Part shown: positions 19,191 through 28,501 of the stretch, in pieces
Numbering within the stretch: the first letter of the stretch is position 1
How the letters are laid out: every line of letters begins with the position of its first letter
Source: Pseudomonadota bacterium
Lineage (GTDB): Bacteria; UBA10199; 2-02-FULL-44-16; DYJF01
Length of the DNA: 64,000 bases
Direction: 5' to 3'
NCBI GenBank assembly: GCA_043823065.1
Contig: JBDRBB010000009.1
Coordinates: 32,001-96,000 of the forward strand
The notes under the pieces: model-generated
Told to the model about the DNA's origin: nothing
Database searches by the model: none
What the model saw: the letters and a program-made list of their open reading frames with translations, nothing else
Position numbers and translations under genes: made by a program

Positions 19191-19987
19191 GACCAATTCT
19201 TTTTCAAATTGGCCCGCTAGAAGTGCCAGCTTTTTTCTTTATGATTATGTTGGCCGTGCTTTCAGCAACTTTCTATGCCCAGTGGTTGGCTAAAAGAGAA
19301 GGAGCTGATCCGGTAGTTTTACTCGATTTTGGCATTTTGGCTATTATTGCTTCTGTGCTGGGTTCCAGGATTTTTCATATCTTAATTGAAAATCCAGCTT
19401 ACTATTGGGAAAAACCAATTCGGGTTTTTTATTTCTGGCAGGGCGGGTTTGTTTCAATTGGAGCTTATGTTTTTACGATTATAGCCATGCTGATTTATAT
19501 TCGCTGGCGACATTTGGATAGCCTGCGCTATTTTGATATTTCAGCAACAGCCATTCCTTTGGCTATATTTTTTGTGCGAGTTGGTTGTTTAGCTGCTGGT
19601 TGCTGCTATGGCAAGCCCACAGATTTTTGCATACATCTAACATTTAATGATCCAGGAACTGCAGCTGGTTATTATCATTTAGGAGAACCTTTGCATGCTA
19701 CCCAACTTTATAACATGATCAACGCTCTGATTATGGGCGGAGTTTTATATTTAGTTTATAAACATCGCAAATTTAAGGGCCAAGTGTTAGCAACTTTTTT
19801 TATCTATTATGGTGTAACTCGTTTCATGATTGAATTTTTACGTGGTGATGAAGACCGTGGCCTATTTTTTGGCGATCTGCTTTCCACCGGCCAAATTGCC
19901 ATGCTGGTTTCAATTGGGGTAGGTATATTTTTATATATTTGGTTGTCAAAAAAAGGAGCAAGGGGTTGTCATCCTGACCACCTATGA
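19187..19987 (+). CDS. lgt: Second, divergent Lgt-family diacylglyceryl transferase
   Basis: GSRIFH, WQGGFVSIGA, RVGCLAAGCCYG, HATQLY, RFMIEFLRGD; ATGA overlap with lspA. Confidence 0.85.
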   Translation: MRPILFQIGPLEVPAFFFMIMLAVLSATFYAQWLAKREGADPVVLLDFGILAIIASVLGSRIFHILIENPAYYWEKPIRVFYFWQGGFVSIGAYVFTIIAMLIYIRWRHLDSLRYFDISATAIPLAIFFVRVGCLAAGCCYGKPTDFCIHLTFNDPGTAAGYYHLGEPLHATQLYNMINALIMGGVLYLVYKHRKFKGQVLATFFIYYGVTRFMIEFLRGDEDRGLFFGDLLSTGQIAMLVSIGVGIFLYIWLSKKGARGCHPDHL

Positions 19988-20655
19988 ACCCAACATCCAA
20001 AAAACTAATCTACGAACTAGCTATTGTAACTATAGCAGTCTTGGTTTTAGCCCGTCTCTTATTATTATTAAACAATATTTCCTGGGCTTATAATTATGTT
20101 CCAGCTTTGGTGGCTATTGTGCTTTTGTATGGGCCAATCTTAGTGCTTTGGAAAAGAGGCCGTCCCATAGATTTTATTGAAAGAGATAAAAATGCAGTCA
20201 GAAGGTCTGTGCTTGCTTTTATTATTGCTGCTTTAATTGTTTTTCCTGTTTTTTTTGTAGTAGCTCATTTTTGGCAAATCCTAGTGTTTAAGAAAAACTT
20301 TTTAGGATGGGCAACTTTTTCCAATATCTGGCAGCTAGTTTTATATCAATTAATTATCGTGGCTTTGCCTGAAGAATTTTTCTTTCGCGGTTATTTTGAG
20401 TCCACAATTGATCGAGTTTTCTTGGAACGCAGAAAATTTTTAGGAGTAGAGTTGGGTTGGGGTTGGTTAATTACAGCTGTGGTTTTTGCCTTTGCTCACA
20501 GTGTGATCACCTACCAGTGGTGGCACTTTTCAATTTTTTTCCCAGCCTTGCTCTTTGGTTATCTACGTTTGCGCACCGGCAATATCTTAGCCCCCATCCT
20601 CTTCCATGCCACTTCCAATATCTTTATGAATTGGTTTTCCAGGATGTATGTGTGA
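19984..20655 (+). CDS. CPBP (Abi/Rce1-like) intramembrane glutamic endopeptidase, myxosortase-like
   Basis: LPEEFFFRGY (EExxxR), FAFAH (FxxxH), FFPALLFG, FHATSN (HxxxN); ATGA overlap with lgt2. Confidence 0.88.
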   Translation: MNPTSKKLIYELAIVTIAVLVLARLLLLLNNISWAYNYVPALVAIVLLYGPILVLWKRGRPIDFIERDKNAVRRSVLAFIIAALIVFPVFFVVAHFWQILVFKKNFLGWATFSNIWQLVLYQLIIVALPEEFFFRGYFESTIDRVFLERRKFLGVELGWGWLITAVVFAFAHSVITYQWWHFSIFFPALLFGYLRLRTGNILAPILFHATSNIFMNWFSRMYV

Positions 20656-20810
20656 TAAAAACTCTCGGTTTCCACCACTCTCATTATACCATAACTATAT
20701 GTAATTACAGTATTTTTAGTTGATTTAGATCTTAGATTCATATTGCTCTGTATATAACAAAATTATCATTGTTTATTATTATTAGATAAACTATAATAAC
20801 TTTATTATAT

Positions 20811-21989
20811 ATGGACCCACGCACCAACCCCTATGCTCCTGGAGCAGGCACTATACCACCTGAACTGGCAGGCCGTGACGACATAATTGAGAAAGCATCA
20901 ATTGCTTTGGATCGTTGTCGAAATAGGCTTGCTACAAGAGGTCTTTTTTTTGTTGGTTTACGAGGTGTCGGAAAAACCGTTTTGCTTGCTCGCATTTCGC
21001 AGGATGCTGAAGCAAATGGGTTTGCTATAGTTTCAATTGAAACACCGGAAAAACGTTCATTGCCAGCATTGCTGATACCTAATTTAAGAACAGCTCTTCT
21101 AAAATTAGATAGAATGGCAGCCACAGGTGATATAGTAAAACGTGCTTTACGAGCTCTCGGCGGTTTTGTTGGTGCAATGAAAGTTAAATATCAAGATGTT
21201 GAATTCGGGCTAGATTTGGGCGCTGAACCAGGTGTGGCAGATACAGGTGATCTTGAACATGATCTTACTGCCCTTTTTATTGAAGTAGGCGAGGCTGCCA
21301 AAGAGAAGAATACAGCTCTTATTCTTTTCATTGATGAAATTCAATATATTAATGAAGAGCAATTTGCAGCTTTGATTATGGCCGTTCATAAATGTACTCA
21401 AAAACAGCTCCCCATTACACTTATTGGTGCTGGTTTGCCTCAACTTATTGGTCAGGCTGGCCGTGCAAAATCTTACGCTGAGAGATTATTCGAATACATT
21501 GAAATAGGACCTCTTACTAAAGCTGCTGCCAAGAAAGCATTGGAAACTCCAGCTTCAAAGTTGGGAGTGAACTACGAAAAAGAAGCTTTGGACATAATTT
21601 TGAAACATACCCAAGCTTATCCATATTTTTTGCAAGAGTGGGGCAAACATTGTTGGAATTGTACAAAACATTCACCCATTACCCAACTTGATGTATCTTC
21701 TGCTACTGAATTGGCAATCTCCGAGCTTGATGCTGGTTTTTTTCGAGTTCGCTTTGATCGCTTAACGCCAAGCGAAAAAAGGTATTTGCGAGCCATGGCA
21801 GAACTAGGAATTGGTCCTCATAGATCTGGGGATATTGCCAATTTGTTACAAAGAGAGGTTCAGGCTGTTGCGCCCATTCGAGCTTCTTTGATTCATAAGG
21901 GAATGATTTATAGCCCTTCGCATGGTGACAATAGTTTTACAGTGCCGTTATTTGACTGTTATTTGAAACGTGTTATACCAGTTTTTTAA
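20811..21989 (+). CDS. AAA+/STAND-like ATP-binding protein with probable C-terminal winged helix
   Basis: NPY.PG...P..LAGR, Walker A GLRGVGKT, Walker B LFIDEIQ, YPYFLQ, C-terminal RSGDIA...LIHKGMIY. Confidence 0.85.
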   Translation: MDPRTNPYAPGAGTIPPELAGRDDIIEKASIALDRCRNRLATRGLFFVGLRGVGKTVLLARISQDAEANGFAIVSIETPEKRSLPALLIPNLRTALLKLDRMAATGDIVKRALRALGGFVGAMKVKYQDVEFGLDLGAEPGVADTGDLEHDLTALFIEVGEAAKEKNTALILFIDEIQYINEEQFAALIMAVHKCTQKQLPITLIGAGLPQLIGQAGRAKSYAERLFEYIEIGPLTKAAAKKALETPASKLGVNYEKEALDIILKHTQAYPYFLQEWGKHCWNCTKHSPITQLDVSSATELAISELDAGFFRVRFDRLTPSEKRYLRAMAELGIGPHRSGDIANLLQREVQAVAPIRASLIHKGMIYSPSHGDNSFTVPLFDCYLKRVIPVF

Positions 21990-22621
21990 AACTCACAGCT
22001 GTGATGGGACAGGTTAAGTATTTCATCTATAATTTTTTCAGCGGCAGTTTTTTTGGAGCATCTGGCTATTTTTGTAGAACTGCCGTCTTTTTTCACAATC
22101 AATATTTTAGTTTCATTTGAGCCAAAGATGTTATTTTTTCCCACATCATTGGCAACAATTAGATCTGCTTGGGATTTCTGCATGGATGCCAGCGCTGCCT
22201 GCTTCAAAATCGGTTCATCTTGATTTACTTCTGCCTTAAAGGAAATGAGTTTAATATTTGGATTCCATAGTTTGATGGAATTTACGATTTTTTCATTGGG
22301 AATTAATTCAAGGGATAATTTTTGATTAGAATCAATTTTGCCATTAATTTGTTTCACTCTAAAATCACTAATAGCTGCACAGTGGATTATAACGTCATGT
22401 GTAGGAACTTCATTTTTTATAGCTTGATACATTGTCTTAAAATTAGACGCGCTAACTTGTTTCAGTAACACTTTTGGTTCCACCGTTGTTCTGGCCTTAA
22501 TCAAAGTAACTTGTGCGCCTCTTTTAACAAGCTCTTCAGCCAAGCAAATACCCATTTTCCCAGATGAGCGATTAGTAATTACCCGTACCTTATCAATAGG
22601 TTCTTCAGTACCACCAGCTGT
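21986..22621 (-). pseudogene. coaB: 5'-truncated phosphopantothenate-cysteine ligase domain (CoaB part of CoaBC)
   Basis: The frame extends upstream of ATG 22555 as TAGGTEEPIDKVRVITNRSSGKMG, then AAISDF, FKAE, DLIVAND. Homology stops abruptly at the inverted-repeat element; there is no proper start codon or CoaC domain. Confidence 0.75.
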
Positions 22622-22624
22622 ATA

Positions 22625-22815
22625 ATATTTGGGGACGTTTCCCCTATTCTTAACACATTAATATTATTGCTAAATAAAAGGCGAGTTGAATTTTTTGTGC
22701 TATTGAGGCTTCTATATCGTTCTTCAGGTTTCTAGAGGTTTAAAAAATTCAAGTCATCCAGAATTGATTAATTATTTCAATATGTTAATTAGGGGGGAAA
22801 CGTCCCCAAAAATAT
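22625..22815. mobile_element. MITE-like element, about 190 bp, with imperfect terminal inverted repeats of about 45 bp
   Basis: Left TTTGGGGACGTTTCCCC...TAACACATTAATATTATT versus right AATTATTTCAATATGTTA...GGGGAAACGTCCCCAAA (perfect 17-bp core); non-coding interior. Confidence 0.65.
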
Positions 22816-22823
22816 CAAGAATA

Positions 22824-24338
22824 TTATCTGGATTTCATTTTAGACTTAATATGTGGGCGGTATTTTTGGTAAGCTTCGATTAGATCGTCAGTGGTTTTTC
22901 TAGCTTTTAATTCAATTTTGTGACCAGCAGAATGTAATTCATTTCCTGCATGTTGGTAAAACTGCTTGAGTTGATCCACAAATTCAAAATTGCTCTTTCT
23001 CCACTTGCGCATAAACCTATAACCATAGGCGCGAATAAGCATGGTCCAGATATCAAAACGATTTAAGCCAGCCAAAATTTGGCGCACAGAATAAAAACGA
23101 ATCATGGATCTAACAGTCTCCACTTGCAAATCTAGCATGCTTATTTTGTTAGGTTTGAAAACTACATGGTGACCGTCATAATAACTCCAGTCACAAGGGA
23201 TTAAACGACCCTCTTTTTCTATGTTATGATAAAGCTGGGTGCCAGGAAGAGGTACTAGAATCATAAATTGCACAGATTCAATCTGCATTTTTTTGGCGAA
23301 TTTTACGGTTTTGCGAAAAGTATCCAAATCATCATGTTCAGCGCCAAAGATAAACATGCCATGGATCTTAATCCCATACCTATGGATTATTTTAATCGCT
23401 TCTTTTATTTCATCCACACTTTGGCTTTTCTTAAATTCTTCTAAGGCCTTGGGATTAATAGATTCAAAACCAATATAGAGTTGCCTGCATTTGGATTTTT
23501 TTAAGAGCTCCATCAGCTCCAGATCTTTAACAATATCTGTGCGCACTTGAGCAGACCAGGGTACAACTAAGTTCTCATTGATCATGCGCTGCAAAAAATC
23601 TTTAGCCCGCTTTTTATTGGCTGTGAAATTATCATCATAGAAGAAAATCCATTCTGGTTTTTTCTCTTTAATTTCCTGAATTACATGATCGTTAGAGCGA
23701 TAACGATAGCGCTTGCCAAACATCTCGGTTACTGAGCAAAAATTGCAGTCAAAAGGGCAGCCTCTGGAAGTTTGAATGGGGGTTATTTCGTATTGATTAT
23801 CAGCATCATTATAGCCGTGGATTAAAGAAAAATCAGGTATAGGATATTTATCCAAATCAGCGCAAAAAGGCGGAATTTCATTATGCCGGATATGATGGCC
23901 CATCTGATAGGAAAGGCCAGGTATTTTTTCAATGCCAGTACCTGTTTCCAAAGCCTTAATTAGATCCACAATGGTATCTTCCGCTTCGCCGCGAACTACA
24001 TAATCAGCATATTTAAGTGCTTCTTCAGGTAAAAAAGTAACATGTGGTCCACCCATAAAGACTGGGATGCCAGCTTTGCGTACTTGGTTGGCAATTTCAA
24101 AGGCCCTGGGAGCAGTCGAAGTAATGGTGGAAATGCCCACTACATCAGCATTAAACAGTTCTTCAAAGTCTATGGGCTTAATTTCTTCTACAAAGATTTT
24201 AACATCATAACCATGTTGTTTAAGAATTGTGCCCAAAATGATAGTGCCTAGTCTAGGTAATCCCCATTTTAGATAAATATGATAGCCAGGTGCTTTTGGT
24301 TCAATAAAAACTATTTTTTTAATGGGTTTTTGGTCCAT
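22824..24338 (-). CDS. B12-binding domain radical SAM protein
   Basis: MGGPHVT, VRGEAE, SRGCPFDCNFC, FYDDNF, IGFES, PLPGT; ATG 24338 preferred over TTG 24350. Confidence 0.9.
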   Translation of the reverse strand: MDQKPIKKIVFIEPKAPGYHIYLKWGLPRLGTIILGTILKQHGYDVKIFVEEIKPIDFEELFNADVVGISTITSTAPRAFEIANQVRKAGIPVFMGGPHVTFLPEEALKYADYVVRGEAEDTIVDLIKALETGTGIEKIPGLSYQMGHHIRHNEIPPFCADLDKYPIPDFSLIHGYNDADNQYEITPIQTSRGCPFDCNFCSVTEMFGKRYRYRSNDHVIQEIKEKKPEWIFFYDDNFTANKKRAKDFLQRMINENLVVPWSAQVRTDIVKDLELMELLKKSKCRQLYIGFESINPKALEEFKKSQSVDEIKEAIKIIHRYGIKIHGMFIFGAEHDDLDTFRKTVKFAKKMQIESVQFMILVPLPGTQLYHNIEKEGRLIPCDWSYYDGHHVVFKPNKISMLDLQVETVRSMIRFYSVRQILAGLNRFDIWTMLIRAYGYRFMRKWRKSNFEFVDQLKQFYQHAGNELHSAGHKIELKARKTTDDLIEAYQKYRPHIKSKMKSR

Positions 24339-24389
24339 AAACAGGGGCAATAGAATATTATTTTTGAGTATAATGCAAGTCTTTGTGTG

Positions 24390-25484
24390 TTAGATATTAA
24401 ACCTAAAATGAATGATATCTCCGTCTTGAATAATATAGTTGTGGCCTTCAATGCGCAGCAGACTAGACTCTTTTAGAGCCTGCTCAGAGCCTACTTTAAT
24501 CAAATCTTCATAAGCATAAACTTCAGCCCGGATAAATCCTTTTTCAAAATCAGTGTGAATTTTGCCAGCAGCCTGCGGCGCTTTGGTGCCTTTTTTCACG
24601 GTCCAGGCCTTTACTTCTGGGCCATCTTTAGTGAAAAAAGTAACTAAATCCAAAAGCTGGTAGCCTGCATGGATTAAGCGTTCTAGACCCGATTCTTCCA
24701 GCCCCAAATCTGCCAAAAAATCTTTTTGCTCTTCTAAAGAAAGATCAGCCAACTCTCCTTCAATGCTGCCGCAAATATAAATAGACTGAGAATTTTCTTT
24801 CTGAGCCAAGCTTTCTACTTGTTTAACTCGTTCAGAAGGGCGCTTGATATCAGTCTCATTAACATTGCAGACATAAAGAATTGGTTTATCAGTAAGCAAG
24901 AAGAAATTATGAGTTAGCTCCAATTCTTCAATACTTAAATTCAACAGGCGAATAGGCGTGCCTGCTTCCAGACCGCTTTTTATTTTTTCCATAAGGCTAA
25001 GCAACTTCTTTGCCTCTTTTTCACCGCTCTTGGCCTGGGGAAGGAGTTTTTCATAACGCTTATTAATTGTTTCCAGATCAGCCAGCATTAGTTCAGTATT
25101 AATGATCTGAATATCATGAATTGGATCTAGGTTTTCATAAGGATGAGCAACTTGAGGTGCGTCAAAACAACGCACAACATGGGCAATGGCATCTACTTCA
25201 CGAATATTGGCTAAAAAGCGATTGCCCAGGCCCTCGCCTTTGTGGGCATTTTCCACCAGGCCTGCAATATCCACAAATTCGACTTTAGTATTAACTATGC
25301 GTTCTGGCTTAAAAATAGCAGCAATTTGAGCTAACCTTGGGTCAGGAACATTAACCATGCCCACGTGATGATCTGTGGTGCAAAACGGATAATTTTCCGC
25401 AGGCACATGTTGGCTAGTCAGGGCATTAAAAAGTGTTGATTTGCCAACATTTGGAAGACCAATTATGCCACAATTAAAGCCCAT
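24390..25484 (-). CDS. ychF: Redox-regulated ATPase YchF
   Basis: [49 protein letters not shown]; start at MGFNCG. Confidence 0.96.
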   Translation of the reverse strand: MGFNCGIIGLPNVGKSTLFNALTSQHVPAENYPFCTTDHHVGMVNVPDPRLAQIAAIFKPERIVNTKVEFVDIAGLVENAHKGEGLGNRFLANIREVDAIAHVVRCFDAPQVAHPYENLDPIHDIQIINTELMLADLETINKRYEKLLPQAKSGEKEAKKLLSLMEKIKSGLEAGTPIRLLNLSIEELELTHNFFLLTDKPILYVCNVNETDIKRPSERVKQVESLAQKENSQSIYICGSIEGELADLSLEEQKDFLADLGLEESGLERLIHAGYQLLDLVTFFTKDGPEVKAWTVKKGTKAPQAAGKIHTDFEKGFIRAEVYAYEDLIKVGSEQALKESSLLRIEGHNYIIQDGDIIHFRFNI

Positions 25485-25534
25485 GTTGGTTTCATGGCAT
25501 GAACAAATGGAGAGATCAATGTTAAAACTGCATC

Positions 25535-25600
25535 GACCATAGACCATAGACAATTGACCCTGTAGGGTTTGTGGTCCATAGTCAATGGTCATTGGTCTAT
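25535..25600. repeat. GACCATA/TATGGTC heptamer inverted-repeat element, copy 1
   Basis: GACCATA GACCATA GACAATT GACC ... GGTCCATA GTCAATG GTCATTG GTCTAT; relative at 50783-50836. Confidence 0.8.
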
Positions 25601-25643
25601 ATTTTTACTGATATTTATAAAGAATATGCTAATTAATATGTTT

Positions 25644-26990
25644 ATGCAGAAGATTCACTTTATCAGTCTTGGTTGCCCCAAGAATCAGGTTGATTCTGAG
25701 GTAATGCTGGGCTTTTTGGCCAAAGCAGGTTTTAGTTTTACTGATGATCCTAATCAGGCAGAAATTATTATCATTAATACCTGTGCTTTTATTGATGATG
25801 CTAAAAAAGAGGCTATTGATACAATTTTAGAAATGGCTGAATTTAAAAAACAAGGAACATGTAGGTTGCTGGTGGTTACCGGGTGCCTTTCTCAACGTTA
25901 TGCCAAGGATTTAATGAAATCTTTAGCTGAGGTAGATTTGTTTATTGGCACTGGCGAGTTTCCTAAATTAGCGGATTTAATTAATAAGTTTGAAAAACAA
26001 ACCACAATAGTTAATAAGCCATTATATTTATATGATCATACAACACCGCGCATTCGCACTACACCTAATCATTTGGCTTATATCAAAATTTCTGAAGGTT
26101 GTTTTCATCCTTGTTCTTTTTGCGTTATTCCTAAAATCCGTGGCAAATATCGTAGTCGCAAAATGGATTCAATTATCGCTGAAGCAGAAAAGATGTTAGA
26201 AAATGGTGTTAGAGAGCTTAACTTGATTGGCCAAGATACCACAGCCTATGGACGCGATTTAGATGAAGATACAAATTTGGCAACTTTGTTAGAAGGATTG
26301 GCTGATTTAGCTGGAGATAAATGGATCAGGATTTTTTATACCTATCCGCACAACTTCCCAGATCAACTTGTAACTGTAATTAAATCATTTCCAGAAGTTT
26401 GTGATTATTTGGATATACCAATTCAACATATCAGCAATCGCATCTTAAAAGATATGCAACGCCAAAGTAGCAAAGACGAGATAAGACGTTTAATCGATAA
26501 GTTGCGGATTCATATTCCAGACATCTCTTTGCGCACTAGTTTGATTGCCGGATTTCCAGGAGAGACTGATGAAGAATTTGAAGAATTATTGGATTTTGTT
26601 TCAGAAGCCAAATTTAATCATTTAGGAGTTTTCCCTTATTCCAAAGAAGAAGGAACTCTGGCGGCAAAACTGCCTAATCAAGTGCCAGCAGAAGTTGCTC
26701 AAGAGCGTTGTAATGAAATTATGAAACTGCAACATGAAATCGCCTTTGATAATAATCGCTCCTTTTTAGGTAATGCCACCCAAGTCTTAATTGATGAAAG
26801 ATTGGAAGATGGTCAACTAATTGGCCGCCATCAAGGCCAGGCCCCAGAAATCGATGGCCAGGTAATTGTGCAAGGAAATGCTAAACCAGGCGATTTTGTG
26901 TTAGTTAAAATAACTGAATTTGATGCTTATGATTTGCAGGGAAACATAATCTCAGCTGCTAGTGTTTTACGGGGGAATTCGAATTTGTGA
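25644..26990 (+). CDS. rimO: Ribosomal protein S12 methylthiotransferase
   Basis: SLGCPKNQVDSE, NTCAFI, VTGCL, KISEGCFHPCSFC, GFPGET, APEIDG (TRAM domain); start at 25638 or 25644. Confidence 0.95.
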   Translation: MQKIHFISLGCPKNQVDSEVMLGFLAKAGFSFTDDPNQAEIIIINTCAFIDDAKKEAIDTILEMAEFKKQGTCRLLVVTGCLSQRYAKDLMKSLAEVDLFIGTGEFPKLADLINKFEKQTTIVNKPLYLYDHTTPRIRTTPNHLAYIKISEGCFHPCSFCVIPKIRGKYRSRKMDSIIAEAEKMLENGVRELNLIGQDTTAYGRDLDEDTNLATLLEGLADLAGDKWIRIFYTYPHNFPDQLVTVIKSFPEVCDYLDIPIQHISNRILKDMQRQSSKDEIRRLIDKLRIHIPDISLRTSLIAGFPGETDEEFEELLDFVSEAKFNHLGVFPYSKEEGTLAAKLPNQVPAEVAQERCNEIMKLQHEIAFDNNRSFLGNATQVLIDERLEDGQLIGRHQGQAPEIDGQVIVQGNAKPGDFVLVKITEFDAYDLQGNIISAASVLRGNSNL

Positions 26991-27006
26991 TAATATTTTG
27001 CTAGAT

Positions 27007-27076
27007 TGTCATCCCTGCGAAGGCAGGGATCCAGGGCTTTGCAATGGGCTGGATTCCCGCTTTCGCGGGAATGACA
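27007..27076. repeat. GTCATTCCCGC-N4-GCGGGAATC type palindromic repeat (paired, inverted)
   Basis: TGTCATCCCTGCGAAGGCAGGGATCCAG ... CTGGATTCCCGCTTTCGCGGGAATGACA; relatives at 49560 and 62130. Confidence 0.9.
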
Positions 27077-27089
27077 GCTTGAGGAACCG

Positions 27090-28397
27090 ATGGTTATTTT
27101 ACTTCGCGTACTAATTTTATTGTTCTCAATTATCTTTCGTCCCTTTAACCGTAAGTGGAAAAAAGGGGATGAGATTAGATGTTTGGTTGTTGGTTATGGC
27201 GGAGCTAATAATACTGGGGCGGAATCTAGAACTGTGGAAGCCTTGAAGCAGATGCTGGGTGCTGATAATCGTCTAAAACTTACCCTTACTTCTTTAGATA
27301 GAAAACAAACTCTAAGATATTTAAAAGAAACTGAACGTTTGCAAGTTGCGCAAATTAATTCTGTTTTTATTTTTTCAATTTTGCATTTGGTCCTTAAAAC
27401 AGATCTAGTTGTTTTAGTGGAGGGCAGTTGTTTTAAGGATAATTTTGCTTCTGCGCTTCTGTGGTTTTTTATGTATGCAGCTAGCTTAGCGCAAAAACTT
27501 GGTAAGCCAACAATGGCCTATGCAGTTGATGCGGGCAATATGAGACCTGGTAACAAAAAATGGGCCAGGCAGGTAGCCAACAAAATGGATTTGATTATTA
27601 CCAGAACCCAGGCTGCTGCTAATTTGCTGCAACGCATGGGAGTGACTAATCAAATTAAGGTTACCACCGACACAGCTTTTACTCAGCCAGAAGCCAGTGT
27701 AGAAAGGGTAGATGAAATTTTAATTTCCAATCATCTAGAGCTTAGCAAGCCCATTGTAGGGATTGCCTTTGAAGAACTATTTTGGTGGCCAGTTAATGTC
27801 AATTTCTGGAAGGCTTTGCGCGGAGTAAAAGAAGATCATTATAAATCTGTTTATTATCATTCCTGGACCAGGCAAGATAAACAAGCTTCAGCTTTACTCA
27901 AAGAAAATATGGCAAGTTATGCAGAATGGGTTCGGGAAAAGTATCAGGCGCAAGTGGTTTTCTTTGCCATGGAACGTCTAGATATTGATCCTTGTTTGGA
28001 TGTTATAAATAAAATGGTAATGCCTACAGTATTATTTGATTCTAATAATTATGATGCTGCGGAAATAACTGGCTTGCTCAGACGCTTAGATTGGCTGGTT
28101 ACCTGTCGTTATCATGCCTTAGTCTTGTCTATGGGTGGGGGGATTCCTGTAATTGGTTTGGCCCATGATGAGCGCATAGAAACTATCATGCAAGAATTAA
28201 GTCTTAAACAAGATTATTTTATAGATTATAAAGAAGAAAATATTTTAGAGAAACTAAGAGATAAAACCCAAAAATTAGTAGCAAATAGCGAACAAGTTTC
28301 TCAAAATATAAAATCAGCAGTTCCAAGCTATCTTGCCAAAATGCAAAGAAACCAAAAATATTTCCAAGAATTCATCAAAACCAGATTTCCAACATAA
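27090..28397 (+). CDS. Polysaccharide pyruvyl transferase family protein
   Basis: GYGGANNTGAE, LIITR, VTTDTAF, VTCRYHALVLS...PVIGL motifs. Confidence 0.8.
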   Translation: MVILLRVLILLFSIIFRPFNRKWKKGDEIRCLVVGYGGANNTGAESRTVEALKQMLGADNRLKLTLTSLDRKQTLRYLKETERLQVAQINSVFIFSILHLVLKTDLVVLVEGSCFKDNFASALLWFFMYAASLAQKLGKPTMAYAVDAGNMRPGNKKWARQVANKMDLIITRTQAAANLLQRMGVTNQIKVTTDTAFTQPEASVERVDEILISNHLELSKPIVGIAFEELFWWPVNVNFWKALRGVKEDHYKSVYYHSWTRQDKQASALLKENMASYAEWVREKYQAQVVFFAMERLDIDPCLDVINKMVMPTVLFDSNNYDAAEITGLLRRLDWLVTCRYHALVLSMGGGIPVIGLAHDERIETIMQELSLKQDYFIDYKEENILEKLRDKTQKLVANSEQVSQNIKSAVPSYLAKMQRNQKYFQEFIKTRFPT

Positions 28398-28404
28398 GGC
28401 CAAA

Positions 28405-28494
28405 CCCGTTCATCCTGAGCTTGTCGACTTGAAACCGTTCACCCTGAACTTGTCGAAGGGTGTCATTGCGAGAAGCAAAGCGACGAAGCAATCT
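28405..28494. repeat. Cluster of short palindromic repeats: two CCGTTC-x-CCTGAGCTTGTCGAAGG units plus one TGTCATTGCGAG...GAAGCAATCT unit
   Basis: Tandem CCGTTCATCCTGAGCTTGTCGA and CCGTTCACCCTGAACTTGTCGAAGGG; same family as 33660-33717. Confidence 0.8.
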
Positions 28495-28501
28495 AGTCTT
28501 T

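Noticed and set aside
25535..25600. Possible CRISPR array in the tandem repeats (also 18542, 28405 and 50783)
   Set aside because: Units are about 7 nt or inverted pairs without unique spacers, and there are no cas genes
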